This document shows positions 1 through 13,269 of a stretch of DNA of 64,000 bases, piece after piece; the stretch's first letter is position 1; every line of letters starts with the position of its first letter. The notes beneath the pieces are model-generated. The model did no database searches. It saw nothing but the letters and a program-made list of their open reading frames with translations, and had not been told where the DNA came from. The DNA is from Eledone cirrhosa (Eukaryota): contig OZ024761.1 in assembly GCA_964016885.1 (NCBI GenBank), forward strand, positions 8,370,001 through 8,434,000, given 5' to 3'. Made by a program: the position numbers and the translations under genes.

Positions 1-712
1 CCATCGTGCTACGTTCTAAATCAAACTTGTTAGTGCTCTCTAGTGGGGGTGTTCTTATAACTATATTGATATCGTCTACATAACGAGAGTACATGATGAG
101 GTCTATGGAGCTTTCATTAAGGAGATCTTTAAGTCTCCTTTCCCACCATACCATGAAAAGGTTGGCAACATCGCCAGCTATGCTGACGCCGATGGCTGCT
201 CCCTCATTTTGGGTGTAGATTTTCTCATTGAACTTAAATATGTGGCCCTTTAGGGTAGTTTTGATACTAGCCCCTATTGCATGTGCGACCATTTTTCTTA
301 CCTGATCAGTGTTTTGGGGGGTCCGTATAGCTTTGGTCCACCCAATCCACCTTCCTATGGGAGTCTTTTTAGCCATTGAGGTTATGGTGGGGGGTCTACC
401 TCTTATAGGTCTACTAGGGCAGAAACATCTAAGGTCATGGCTGTCTAGGTAGTCAGTGTCGTAGGTAAGTCTAGGTAGGAGGCCCAGTTCGTCTGTGTCG
501 ACGTCGCAGAACTCCACCTCACTCTCAATGATCATCTCCACACATCTTTTCACAGCAAAATCAATGTTAATGGATGGGTACAGTGACACCACATCCATGC
601 TGCCTATTATGCAGTTGGATAGGCTCCTGTTTTTGTTGCACTCACTGATTCTGCTGAGGAGGTCCTCTGTACTTTCACATACATCTGGGGACATCTTGAT
701 TATCCCTCGCAA
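1..712 (-). mobile_element. Penelope-like element reverse transcriptase fragment (runs off window start; 5' side ends at a (TA)n tract)
   Basis: Manual minus-strand translation gives IIGSMDVVSLYPSINIDF, GHIFKFNEKIYTQNEGAAIGVSIAGDVANLFMVWWE and YSRYVDDINI, which are PLE-type RT motifs. It is not in the ORF track. Confidence 0.8.
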
Positions 713-715
713 AAC

Positions 716-1075
<360 letters not shown>

Positions 1076-1289
1076 ACTGTGATAGGAATGAGGCAAAGGA
1101 AGGTAATGTCCTACTTTTAAGTTTCTCATGGACAGAGGGGGGCAATTATAGCAGCCACCCTCCTTCCTCACAGATATTAAGTGCACAAGACCTATTTTCA
1201 TGACAGTATATATATATTGTATGAACATAAATAATATAATAAGCAGTTTTACTTTTTACTTTTCACCCCTAAGGAGATTGCTGCATTAC

Positions 1290-1480
1290 TTAACGTCCAA
1301 TGCTAGCATGGGTTAAACAGATTGTCCTGTTTGAGGCAAGTTGGGTCTAGTGACGATGACTTGCTCACACAGAACTGTTTCTGGCTTAGTTTCTCCATCT
1401 GGATGGCCTTCCTAACGCCAACCAATTTACAGTGTGTGTTGGACACCTTTTATCATGTCAACATCACAATCACAACCATA
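1290..1480 (-). mobile_element. Degenerate SINE/RTE 3'-tail fragment
   Basis: Shares TTAACGTCC..TGCTAGCATGGGTT and GGATGGCCTTCCTAAC motifs with the RTE/SINE tails elsewhere in the window. Confidence 0.55.
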
Positions 1481-1494
1481 TATATATATATATA

Positions 1495-2190
1495 TAGTAA
1501 TAATAATAAAATAGTAATAATAATAAAATAGAAATAATAATAAAATAGAAATAATAATAAAATAGAAATAATAATAAAATAGTAATAATAATAAAATAGT
1601 AATAATAATAAAATAGTAATAATAATAAAATAGTAATAATAATAAAATAGAAATAATAATAAAATAGAAATAATAATAAAATAGAAATAATAATAAAATA
1701 GAAATAATAATAAAATAGTAATAATAATAAAATAGAAATAATAATAAAATAGAAATAATGATAAAATAGAAATAATGATAAAATAGAAATAATAATAAAA
1801 TAGTAATAATAATAAAATAGTAATAATAATAAAATAGAAATAATAATAAAATAGTAATAATAATAAAATAGTAATAATAATAAAATAGAAATAATAATAA
1901 AATAGTAATAATAATAAAATAGTAATAATAATAAAATAGAAATAATAATAAAATAGTAATAATAATAAAATAGAAATAATAATAAAATAGTAATAATAAT
2001 AAAATAGTAATAATAATAAAATAGAAATAATAATAAAATAGTAATAATAATAAAATAGTAATAATAATAAAATAGAAATAATAATAAAATAGTAATAATA
2101 ATAAAATAGTAATAATAATAAAATAGAAATAATAATAAAATAGTAATAATAATAAAATAGTAATAATAATAAAATAGAAATAATAATAAT
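1495..2190. repeat. AT-rich 16/17-bp minisatellite (AATAATAATAAAATAG[T])
   Basis: About 40 tandem units seen directly. Confidence 0.95.
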
Positions 2191-2409
2191 GATTTCTTTA
2201 TTGGCCACAAGGGCTGACATCAAGAAAAACATCACAGACGGAACAGGACGGTACGATGTGGGTTTTGTGCGCGTAAATAGAAATAATAATAATAAATTTG
2301 AAGACTAAAATCCAAAGAGGGCTCAATAAGGATAAATAAGGGTGAAAGCAGCGATTCTTTGCTTAAACTTTAATCTGTTATTGTAAAAAAAAAATATATA
2401 TATATATAT

Positions 2410-2955
2410 ATAACCCCGCCTTGCCTAAGTACAAAGCGAAACCTACAGTCAGTAGGCACCTCTTAATCAAATATACACCCCCATCCCACTACCCCAACTC
2501 TCCCACCCCCATCAACACCACCCCTTTCTCTGTAAAGTTATGTTGGTACCACAACATCAGGTCGTAAATAAATGAGGTCGTGTAGGTGTCATTACAAAAA
2601 AAAACACAGTCCACGGTGTAATGTGGCTGTGTAGGTAACACGGTAAAAACCTCCCAGTCCACACTGTAAACGTGGTTGGTGTTAGGAAGGGCATCCAGCC
2701 GTAGAAAACCTGCCAGATAGTCCTATATGAGCGACACAAGGTCACCCGACCAGCCTTGCTTCAAGTGGGACATCTCCCGTCTAACCCATGCTAGCGTGGA
2801 AAATGGACGTTAAACGATGATGATGATGATATATATATATATATAGTTATAACCGTAACTCCTATATGAGCGAGACAACCTATCTTGCTTCAAGTGGGAC
2901 AATTCCCGTCTAAACCCATGCTAGTGTGGAAGATAGATGTTAAATGATGATGTAT
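2410..2955 (+). mobile_element. RTE LINE 3' UTR fragment with (TGA)n tail and a partial duplicate tail
   Basis: Homologous to the 3' UTR at 32375-32785. Confidence 0.7.
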
Positions 2956-2960
2956 ATATA

Positions 2961-3701
2961 TATATTAAGACAGGGGGGAAGAAAAAAATGGCTTCACTTG
3001 TGCTTTCAACAAATTTATTTTCTTCACAAAATCCAAAAAGAATTTTTTTCTGGATTAGAAAAAAATTTTTTTTTTTTCTTAAAAAAAATTTTTTTATAAA
3101 TTAAGTTGTTGGTTGTTGGTTGTTGGTTAGGTCTTAGGAGTTCTTGGTTAACGTAGGAGGTATTGTTTCGTTTTTAGAAAGACCTTTTACGCTGAGGTGC
3201 GCTTGTCAAACTGATGTGTATGTGGTGTGTTGTTCTATATATAGGGATTTAACATGTCTGTGGTGTGGTGGGGTTTTTTTTTCTCCCCCTTTAATAAGTG
3301 TAGGGGTGTAGGTGTGTTGAAAAAATGTTAATAGCAGTAATGAGTTGAGACAGTGAGTAGGGTTGGGTGGGGAGAAATGTAGCAAGTGCGGCCTGCCCCG
3401 CTCATTCTCGAAAAATTCCTTTATTCAGGGGAAAAAGCTTTTAGTCCTTTGTTTCGAAGATGGTCATAGGAAAAAAAAAAACCCACCACACCACAGACAT
3501 GTTAAATCCCTATATATAGAACAACACACCACATACACATCAGTTTGACAAGCGCACCTTAAAAAATTTTTTTAAGAAAAAAAAAAAAAAAAAAAAAAAA
3601 TTTTCTAATCCGGAAAAAACTTGTTTTTGGATTTTGTGAAGAAAATAAATTTGTTGAAAGCACAAGTGAAGCCATTTTTTTCTTCCCCCCTGTCTTAATA
3701 T
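2961..3701. repeat. Fold-back element with long inverted arms
   Basis: 2961-3093 is the reverse complement of ~3559-3701, and ~3195-3283 is the reverse complement of ~3470-3559. Confidence 0.8.
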
Positions 3702-3950
3702 ACCTAACTGTACCAAGGATTACACACATTTTCCAATATATATATATACCCAGCCCAAACTGTAAAGTGGCAGTATAGGTGTCACGACAAAAAGCACCCA
3801 GCACACACTGTAAATGTGGTTGGCATCTGTATAAGCAAGACATTGTTACCTGACCTGGCATTTCTCACAACAGGATAACTTGTCTAACCTACGCTAGCAT
3901 GGAAAAAAGGACGTTAAACAGTGATGATGATGATGATGATGATATATACA

Positions 3951-4178
3951 TTAACCCTTAAGTATTTACATTACTCTATATATACTATTATATTTTCATG
4001 GTAAAGGCGTTACCTCGCATAATTATCTCACATGGCATCGAATCTATGAGATTTTGAAAGTATTTATTTTGAGAACAATACCTTAACATCAGTATGAGTG
4101 ACCAGTTACAGCCAGTTTCAACAGAAAGAGGTAGAGAATTCTGGCCGGTTTTGGCCGGTTTGAACATTAAAGTGTTAA
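3951..4178. mobile_element. TTAA-bounded MITE (piggyBac-like ends), ~225 bp
   Basis: TTAACCCTTAAG...AAAGTGTTAA ends. Related copies at ~10381, 12744, 42604, 47593, 56535 and 56731. Confidence 0.65.
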
Positions 4179-4374
4179 AAGTGTTCTCTTATTCTGCTGG
4201 TGTCATCGTTTATGTGTGATAAACTATCTACTTGCTTAGTTTCTGGCAACAGAGACTTTGATCTATTATGTTTATATAGAAAGATAAATAACATAAATTG
4301 ACTTATCTTATTAAGTGAAGGACGTGGCTGTGTTGGGGTGCACCCCACTGACAACACTACAACAGCATTCCTGC

Positions 4375-7300
4375 TGACAATGGCCAGTAACACCCACTGC
4401 ATCAGCCACCCCAAAATCTGTGAAGTTGGCCAGTAACACCCACTGCAACAGCCACCCCAAAATCTGTGAAGTTGGCCAGTAACACCCGCTGCAACAGACA
4501 CCCCAAAATCTGTGAAGTTGGCCAGTAACACCCACTGCAACAGCCACCCCAAAATCTGTGAAGTTGGCCAGTAACACCCACTGCAACAGCCACCACAAAA
4601 TCTGTGAAGTTGGCCAGTAACACCCACCCCAAAATCTGTGAAGTTGGCCAGTAACACCCACTGCAACAGCCACCCCAAAATTTGTGAAGTTGGCCAGTAA
4701 CACCCACTGCAAAATCTGTGAAGTTGGCCAGTAATACCCACTGCAACAGCCACCCCAAAATCTGTGAAGTTGGCCAGTAACACCCACTGCAACAGCCACC
4801 CCAAAATCTGTGAAGTTGGCCAGTAACACCCACTGCAACAGCCATCCCAAAATCTGTGAAGTTGGCCAGTAACACCCACTGCAACAGCCACCCCAAAATC
4901 TGTGAAGTTGGCCAGTAACACCCACTGCAACAGCCACCCCAAAATCTGTGAAGTTGGCCAGTAACACCCGCTGCAACAGCCACCCCAAAATCTGTGAAGT
5001 TGGCCAGTAACACCCGCTGCAACAGCCACCACAAAATCTGTGAAGTTGGCCAGTAACACCCGCTGCAACAGCCACCCCAAAATCTGTGAAGTTGGCCAGT
5101 AACACCCACTGCAACAGCCACCACAAAATCTGTGAAGTTGGCCAGTAACACCCACTGCAACAGCCACCACAAAATCTGTGAAGTTGGCCAGTAACACCCA
5201 CTGCAACAGCCATCCCAAAATCTGTGAAGTTGGCCAGTAACACCCACTGTAACAGCCACCCCAAAATCTGTGAAGTTGGCCAGTAACACCCATTGCATCA
5301 GCCACCCCAAAATCTGTGAAGTTGGCCAGTAACACCCACTGCAACAGCCACCCCAAAATCTGTGAAGTTGGCCAGTAACACCCACTGCATCAGCCACCCC
5401 AAAATCTGTGACAATGGCCAGTAACACCCACTGCATCAGCCACCCCAAAATCTGTGAAGTTGCCCAGTAACACCCACTGCAACAGCCACCCCAAAATCTG
5501 TGACAATGGCCAGTAACACCCACTGCATCAGCCACCCCAAAATCTGTGAAGTTGGCCAGTAACACCCACTGCAACAGCCACCCCAAAATCTGTGACAATG
5601 GCCAGTAACGCCCACTGCAACAGCCACCCCAAAATCTGTGAAGTTGGCCAGTAACACCCACTGCAACAGCCACCCCAAAATCTGTGACAATGGCCAGTAA
5701 CACCCACTGCAACAGCCACCCCAAAATCTGTGACAATGGCCAGTAACGCCCACTGCAACAGCCACCCCAAAATCTGTGAAGTTGGCCAGTAACACCCACT
5801 GCAACAGCCACCCCAAAATCTGTGAAGTTGGCCAGTAACACCCACTGCAACAGCCACCCCAAAATCTGTGACAATGGCCAGTAACACCCACTGCAACAGC
5901 CACCCCAAAATCTGTGACAATGGCCAGTAACATCCACTGCATCAGCCACCCCAAAATCTGTGAAGTTGGCCAGTAACACCCACTGCAACCGCCACCCCAA
6001 AATCTGTGAAGTTGGCCAGTAACACCCACTGCAACAGCCACCCCAAAATCTGTGAAGTTGGCCAGCAACACCCACTGCAACAGCCACCCCAAAATCTGTG
6101 AAGTTGGCCAGTAACACCCACTGCAACAGCCACCCCAAAATCTGTGAAGTTGGCCAGTAACACCCACTGCAACAGCCACCCCAAAATCTGTGAACTTGGC
6201 CAGTAACACCCACTGCAACAGCCACCCCAAAATCTGTGAAGTTGGCCAGTAACACCCACTGCAACAGCCATCCCAAAATCTGTGAAGTTGGCCAGTAACA
6301 CCCACTGCAACAGCCACCCCAAAATCTGTGAAGTTGGCCAGTAACACCCACTGCAACAGCCACCCCAAAATCTGTGAAGTTGGCCAGTAACACCCATTGC
6401 ATCAGCCACCCCAAAATCTGTGAAGTTGGCCAGTAACACCCACTGCAACAGCCACCCCAAATTCTGTGACAATGGCCAGTAACATCCACTGCAACAGCCA
6501 CCCCAAAATCTGTGAAGTTGGCCAGTAACACCCACTGCAACAGCCACCCCAAAATCTGTGAAGTTGGCCTGTAACACCCACTGCAACAGCCACCCCAAAA
6601 TCTGTGAAGTTGGCCAGTAACACCCACTGCAAAATCTGTGAAGTTGGCCAGTAACACCCACTGCAACAGCCACCCCAAAATCTGTGAAGTTGGCCAGTAA
6701 CACCCACTGCAGCAGCCACCCCAAAATCTGTGAAGTTGGCCTGTAACACCCACTGCAACAGCCACCCCAAAATCTGTGAAGTTGGCCAGTAACACCCACT
6801 GCAACAGCCACCCCAAAATCTGTGAAGTTGGCCAGTAACACCCACTGCAACAGCCATCCCAAAATCTGTGAAGTTGGCCAGTAACACCCGCTGCAACAGC
6901 CACCCCAAAATCTGTGAAGTTGGCCAGTAACACCCACTGCATCAGCCACCCCAAAATCTGTGAAGTTGGCCAGTAACACCCACTGCATCAGCCACCCCAA
7001 AATCTGTGACAATGGCCAGTAACACCCACTGCAACAGCCACCCCAAAATCTGTGAAGTTGGCCAGTAACACCCACTGCAACAGCCACCCCAAAATCTGTG
7101 AAGTTGGCCAGTAACACCCACTGCATCAGCCACCCCAAAATCTGTGACAATGGCCAGTAACACCCACTGCAACAGCCACCCCAAAATCTGTGACAATGGC
7201 CAGTAACACCCACTGCATCAGCCACCCCAAAATCTGTGAAGTTGGCCAGTAACACCCACTGCAACAGCCACCCCAAAATCTGTGACAATGGCCAGTAACA

Positions 7301-9720
7301 CCCACTGCATCAGCCACCCCAAAATCTGTGACAATGGCCAGTAACGCCCACTGCAACAGCCACCCAAAATCTGTGAAGTTGGCCAGTAACACCCACTGCA
7401 ACAGCCACCCCAAAATCTGTGACAATGGCCAGTAACACCCACTGCAACAGCCACCCCAAAATCTGTGACAATGGCCAGTAACACCCACTGCATCAGCCAC
7501 CCCAAAATCTGTGAAGTTGGCCAGTAACACCCACTGCAACAGCCACCCCAAAATCTGTGACAATGGCCAGTAACGCCCACTGCAACAGCCACCCAAAATC
7601 TGTGAAGTTGGCCAGTAACACCCACTGCAACAGCCACCCCAAAATCTGTGAAGTTGGCCAGTAACACCCACTGCATCAGCCACCCCAAAATCTGTGAAGT
7701 TGGCCAGTAACATCCACTGCAACAGCCACCCCAAAATCTGTGACAATGGCCAGTAACGCCCACTGCAACAGCCACCCAAAATCTGTGAAGTTGGCCAGTA
7801 ACACCCACTGCAACAGCCACCCCAAAATCTGTGAAGTTGGCCAGTAACACCCACTGCAACAGCCATCCCAAAATCTGTGAAGTTGGCCAGTAACACCCAC
7901 TGCAACAGCCACCCCAAAATCTGTGACAATGGCCAGTAACGCCCACTGCAACAGCCACCCAAAATCTGTGAAGTTGGCCAGTAACACCCACTGCAACAGC
8001 CATCCCAAAATCTGTGAAGTTGGCCAGTAACACCCACTGCAACAGCCACCCCAAAATCTGTGACAATGGCCAGTAACGCCCACTGCAACAGCCACCCAAA
8101 ATCTGTGAAGTTGGCCAGTAACACCCACTGCAACAGCCACCCCAAAATCTGTGACAATGGCCAGTAACGCCCACTGCAACAGCCACCCAAAATCTGTGAA
8201 GTTGGCCAGTAACACCCACTGCAACAGCCATCCCAAAATCTGTGAAGTTGGCCAGTAACACCCACTGCAACAGCCACCCCAAAATCTGTGAAGTTGGCCA
8301 GTAACACCCACTGCAACAGCCATCCCAAAATCTGTGAAGTTGGCCAGTAACACCCACTGCAACAGCCACCCCAAAATCTGTGAAGTTGGCCAGTAACACC
8401 CATTGCATCAGCCACCCCAAAATCTGTGAAGTTGGCCAGTAACACCCACTGCAACAGCCACCCCAAAATCTGTTAAGTTGGCCAGTAACACCCATTGCAT
8501 CAGCCACCCCAAAATCTGTGAAGTTGGCCAGTAACACCCACTGCAACAGCCACCCCAAAATCTGTGACAATGGCCAGTAACATCCACTGCAACAGCCACC
8601 ACAAAATCTGTGAAGTTGGCCAGTAACACCCACTGCAACAGCCACCCCAAAATCTGTGACAATGGCCAGTAACATCCACTGCAACAGCCACCCAAAATCT
8701 GTGAAGTTGGCCAGTAACACCCACTGCAACAGCCACCCCAAAATCTGTGACAATGGCCAGTAACGCCCACTGCAACAGCCACCCAAAATCTGTGAAGTTG
8801 GCCAGTAACACCCACTGCAACAGCCATCCCAAAATCTGTGAAGTTGGCCAGTAACACCCACTGCAACAGCCACCCCAAAATCTGTGAAGTTGGCCAGTAA
8901 CACCCACTGCAACAGCCATCCCAAAATCTGTGAAGTTGGCCAGTAACACCCACTGCAACAGCCACCCCAAAATCTGTGAAGTTGGCCAGTAACACCCATT
9001 GCATCAGCCACCCCAAAATCTGTGAAGTTGGCCAGTAACACCCACTGCAACAGCCACCCCAAAATCTGTTAAGTTGGCCAGTAACACCCACTGCATCAGC
9101 CACCCCAAAATCTGTGAAGTTGGCCAGTAACACCCACTGCAACAGCCACCCCAAAATCTGTGACAATGGCCAGTAACATCCACTGCAACAGCCACCCCAA
9201 AATCTGTGAAGTTGGCCAGTAACACCTACTGCATCAGCCACCCCAAAATCTGTGAAGTTGGCCAGTAACACCCACTGCAACAGCCACCCCAAAATCTGTG
9301 ACAATGGCCAGTAACATCCACTGCAACAGCCACCCCAAAATCTGTGAAGTTGGCCAGTAACACCCACTGCAACAGCCACCCCAAAATCTGTGACAATGGC
9401 CAGTAACACCCACTGCATCAGCCACCCCAAAATCTGTGACAATGGCCAGTAACACCCACTGCAACAGCCACCCCAAAATCTGTGAAGTTGGCCAGTAACA
9501 CCCACTGCAACAGCCACCCCAAAATCTGTGACAATGGCCAGTAACACCCACTGCATCAGCCACCCCAAAATCTGTGACAATGGCCAGTAACACCCACTGC
9601 AACAGCCACCCCAAAATCTGTGAAGTTGGCCAGTAACACCCATTGCATCAGCCACCCCAAAATCTGTGAAGTTGGCCAGTAACACCCACTGCATCAGCCA
9701 CCCCAAAATCTGTGAAGTTG
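4375..9720. repeat. 46-bp minisatellite, ~116 copies (TGGCCAGTAACACCCACTGCAACAGCCACCCCAAAATCTGTGAAGT)
   Basis: Seen directly. The overlapping minus-strand ORFs are artefacts of a stop-poor 46-mer. Confidence 0.98.
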
Positions 9721-10380
9721 AAACCCTATCTCCTGTTTAGTTTCATCTAGCTTTCTGTCTTCATTTTAATATGTAATGTTGTAGAGGGCCCCTCACCAAG
9801 GAAACGTGGAGAGTGAGACACTGGGCACACACACACACCCCCCCTTGACCCACCCTTCATCATCCAGATGTACGTTGGCTGGCTAAATTCCAAAATTCCC
9901 CAGAATTATTTTCCGGATTAGAGTAACCTCCCCTCCTCGCCCCCCACTAAATGTTCTGTAGCCCCTTATCCCTCTCCCAACCCTCACAGGCCCACACCCC
10001 ATCCCTCACCACAACACCCCTACCAACATACCACCGTCACTCCACCCACCCCACACACTACTCCCACCCCATACTACTATTTAAATATATATTCGAAATG
10101 CCAAATCTCAGAAATTCAATTGCACATTTAGACGCATGTGACTATTAACATCCTGTACCACATGAAACCGCATGAACAAGACATTCTTGAAAAGTACAGA
10201 ACAGCACTATCATAAGCACTATGACTACAATGCCTTAAAAATTAATCCTTTCGTTATCCTACTTTAATTGAAGATACTGCCTATGAGTTTCAAATAATTT
10301 TGAAAATAACAAAAACAATTTGGAGGGATTTAGTAACATAAATTACTTTTACATTATTATGTTGGTGTTTGGAACATAAC

Positions 10381-11988
10381 TTAACCCTTTAGCATTTAAA
10401 TCAGCTGTATGCGGTCAGAATTCTCTCACTGCTTTCTGTTCAAACCGGCCATAGCCAGCTGCTCATACTTATGTTAAGGTATTTTTCTCGAAATAAATAA
10501 AATCAAAATCTCATAGATTCGATATTACGTGAGATGTTATGTGAGTTAAAGCCTTTACCATGAAAAATACAATAGTATATATAGAGTAGTGTAAATGTTA
10601 TGTGAGATATTATGTGAGGTAAAGCCTTTACCATGAAAAATACAATAGTATATATAGAGTAATGTAAATGTTATGTGAGATATTATGTGAGTTAAAGCCT
10701 TTACCATGAAAAATACAATAGTATATATAGAGTAATGTAAATGTTATGTGAGATATTATGTGAGATAAAGCCTTTACCATGAAAATATAATAGTATATAT
10801 TGAGTAATGTAACTGTTATGTGAGATATTATGTGAGGTAAAGCCTTTACCATGAAAAATACAATAGTATATATAGAGTAATGTAAATGTTATGTGAGGTA
10901 AAGCTTTTACCATGAAAATATAATAGTATATATAGAGTAATGTAAATATTATGTGAGATATTATGTGAGGTAAAGCCTTTACCATGAAAAATACAATAGT
11001 ATATATAGAGTAATGTAAATGTTATGTGAGATATTATGTGAGGTAAAGCCTTTACCATGAAAATATAATAGTATATATTGAGTAATGTAAATGTTATGTG
11101 AGATATTATGTGAGTTAAAGCCTTTACCATGAAAAATACAATAGTATATATAGAGTAGTGTAAATGTTATGTGAGATATTATGTGAGGTAAAGCCTTTAC
11201 CATGAAAAATACAATAGTATATATAGAGTAATGTAAATGTTATGTGAGATATTATGTGAGTTAAAGCCTTTACCATGAAAAATACAATAGTATATATAGA
11301 GTAATGTAAATGTTATGTGAGATATTATGTGAGATAAAGCCTTTACCATGAAAATATAATAGTATATATTGAGTAATGTAAATGTTATGTGAGATATTAT
11401 GTGAGGTAAAGCCTTTACCATGAAAAATACAATAGTATATATAGAGTAGTGTAAATGTTATGTGAGATATTATGTGAGGTAAAGCCTTTACCATGAAAAA
11501 TACAATAGTATATATAGAGTAATGTAAATGTTATGTCAGATATTATGTGAGGTAAAGCCTTTACCATGAAAATATAATAGTATATATTGAGTAATGTAAA
11601 TGTTATGTGAGATATTATGTGAGTTAAAGCCTTTACCATGAAAAATACAATAGTATATATAGAGTAGTGTAAATGTTATGTGAGATATTATGTGAGGTAA
11701 AGCCTTTACCATGAAAAATACAATAGTATATATAGAGTAATGTAAATGTTATGTCAGATATTATGTGAGGTAAAGCCTTTACCATGAAAATATAATAGTA
11801 TATATTGAGTAATGTAAATGTTATGTGAGATATTATGTGAGTTAAAGCCTTTACCATGAAAAATACAATAGTATATATAGAGTAAAGTAAATGTTATGTG
11901 AGATATTATGTGAGTTAAAGCCTTTACCATGAAAAATACAATAGTATATATAGAGTAAAGTAAAGGATTAACAAAGGTAAAGGGTTAA
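10381..11988. repeat. 72/73-bp satellite (~19 copies) expanded inside a TTAA MITE
   Basis: The array at ~10530-11960 is bounded by TTAACCCTTTAGCATTTA (10381) and AAAGGGTTAA (~11988). Confidence 0.9.
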
Positions 11989-13269
11989 CAAAGGTTCTTA
12001 CATAAAATTATGATCAGGAGGTTTATTGATAAATATAAACACTTAAAAATAAAACAAATCAGGGACAGTTTAGTATCCAAAGGGTTAAAGTCTTTACTAT
12101 AGTTACTTGCAAATTCTTTACAAAGATGTGGTCTGTTCATTAGCAAAGATGCTAAAAACGTTTGAATAAACAAACACATTTTTAGCTATTTTCTGCTAAA
12201 CCATTACAGGATATTAAGAGTTAAATATCAACCTAAACTGTTAGATTAGTTCAAATAAATATATTATACTAGAATTGTTTTCCATACACTCATGTGTATA
12301 TGTCTGTGTGTGAATATGTGTGTGTGCATATGCATACATTTATATGTATGAGTATATAAATATAAACGCGCAAACACAGACACACAAAAATACACATTCA
12401 CAGACATACATTTACACAAACACACACACTCACACACAGTGTAGTTTTTTCACCATCCCTTTCCTTCCTTTTACACACACATTCACGCAGACAGCAGACG
12501 TGGGGAGAGGGGTAGTGTGAGGTAGTCAAACTACTCCTCTCTCTTTACGTGTTGTGACAGAATTGCAGACATTTAGAGATAGTTGAGATAAATGTATCTA
12601 CAGCAGATTATTATTAATGGTATTGCCAACATCTGTGAAATGTCCCATTGTATTAAGCAAAAAGTTGAGATTGCAGCAGGGGTTAAAATCACACGAGATT
12701 ACCTGTAATTACCAACAAAGAAAAGAGATGATTTTTACTGTACTTAACCCTTTCTTTTTAAAATGGCTGTAGCTGGCCGCTCATACTGACTTTAAGGCAT
12801 TGTTCTCAAAATAAATAATATCAAAATCTCATAGATTTGATATTATGTGAGATAATTGTGTAAGATAAAGCTGTTACCACAAAAATACAATAGTATATAT
12901 AAAACAATGTAAATATTATGTGAGATAATTGTGTAAGATAAAGCCTTTACCACAAAAATACAATAGTATATATAAAGCAATGTAAATGCTAAAGCGTTAA
13001 TGAATAGAGTTCTTGACACTTTTCATTACCTTCCATCACTTAACCATTTAGTTATCAAGTATGGAGTTTCTATCTCTTATCACTCATACTGTGTTCAATC
13101 CTCAGGCCAGGCACAAACCCACAACACCCAGCCTTGCCTTAATTAACCTTTTAGTTACCAACCCAGCCAAAACTGGCTCTGGTTCTATGAAATAGAACCA
13201 CCCATTATACAGTTTTTCAATTTTAACTAAAATCTTCCAACATAATATTATATAAGAACCTTACAATTC

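Noticed and set aside
4175-9706. Long Cys/Trp/Gly-rich minus-strand ORFs (up to 850 aa) and a CRISPR-like appearance
   Set aside because: A 46-bp tandem unit read in all three frames. There are no unique spacers and no cas genes, and the context is eukaryotic.
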